From contig NC_086109.1 in NCBI RefSeq assembly GCF_963921235.1, positions 28,274,001 to 28,338,000 on the forward strand: a stretch of DNA of 64,000 nt, written 5' to 3'. Source of the stretch: Mobula hypostoma (taxonomy: Eukaryota). Positions 63,726 to 64,000 of this stretch are shown here, in pieces. The first letter of the stretch is position 1. Each line of letters opens with the position of its first letter. A program made the position numbers and the translations under genes. The notes under the pieces were generated by a model. It was not told where the DNA came from. It did no database searches and was given only the letters and a program-made list of their open reading frames with translations.

Positions 63726-64000
63726 CATATTTTTTTTAGATTCCTGTAAATTCTTCTTGCTCATGCATCTATCTGCTGTACCTGAGCATAACATGTACGG
63801 CATGGAATGTCAGCAGAGCAGTTAATGTTGTCTGACTTGTGGTAGTACTTCCAATAAGCACAGCAGGCCTAAAAGAGCAGCATCAGCCCTTTAGTTTAGT
63901 TGAATGGATCTGGGTGATTTGCAGACCATCACGCAGAAACATGCCAATTATGATCCAATCTGGCTTGTGGTAACAATCCTGCTGCATCAAGATAAATACA

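Overview
Vertebrate, repeat-dominated, mostly intronic or intergenic DNA. The repeat mix (CR1, Rex/Babar, V-SINE, DeuSINE, abundant Penelope-like elements) suggests a cartilaginous fish, probably a ray; this is an inference. No prokaryotic features or CRISPR are present. Main structures: (1) a full-length but frameshifted Gmr1-type Gypsy LTR retrotransposon (21502-27896, minus) with PR-IN-RT-RH order, tRNA-Pro PBS, PPT and 4-bp TSD; (2) many Penelope-like (GIY-YIG) fragments whose terminal repeat carries a minimal hammerhead ribozyme motif, including short TSD-flanked fold-back (hairpin) insertions; (3) a degraded retrovirus-like element (about 36.2-41.1 kb) with two zinc knuckles and a splice donor/acceptor pair in env-like positions; (4) an old integrase-less Gypsy element with a nested L1; (5) hAT-Charlie and Tc1 non-autonomous DNA transposons, solo LTRs and tRNA-derived SINEs; (6) a few phase-compatible + strand candidate exons of an unidentified host gene. 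All calls were made by eye. Boundaries are approximate unless a TSD or TIR is quoted.
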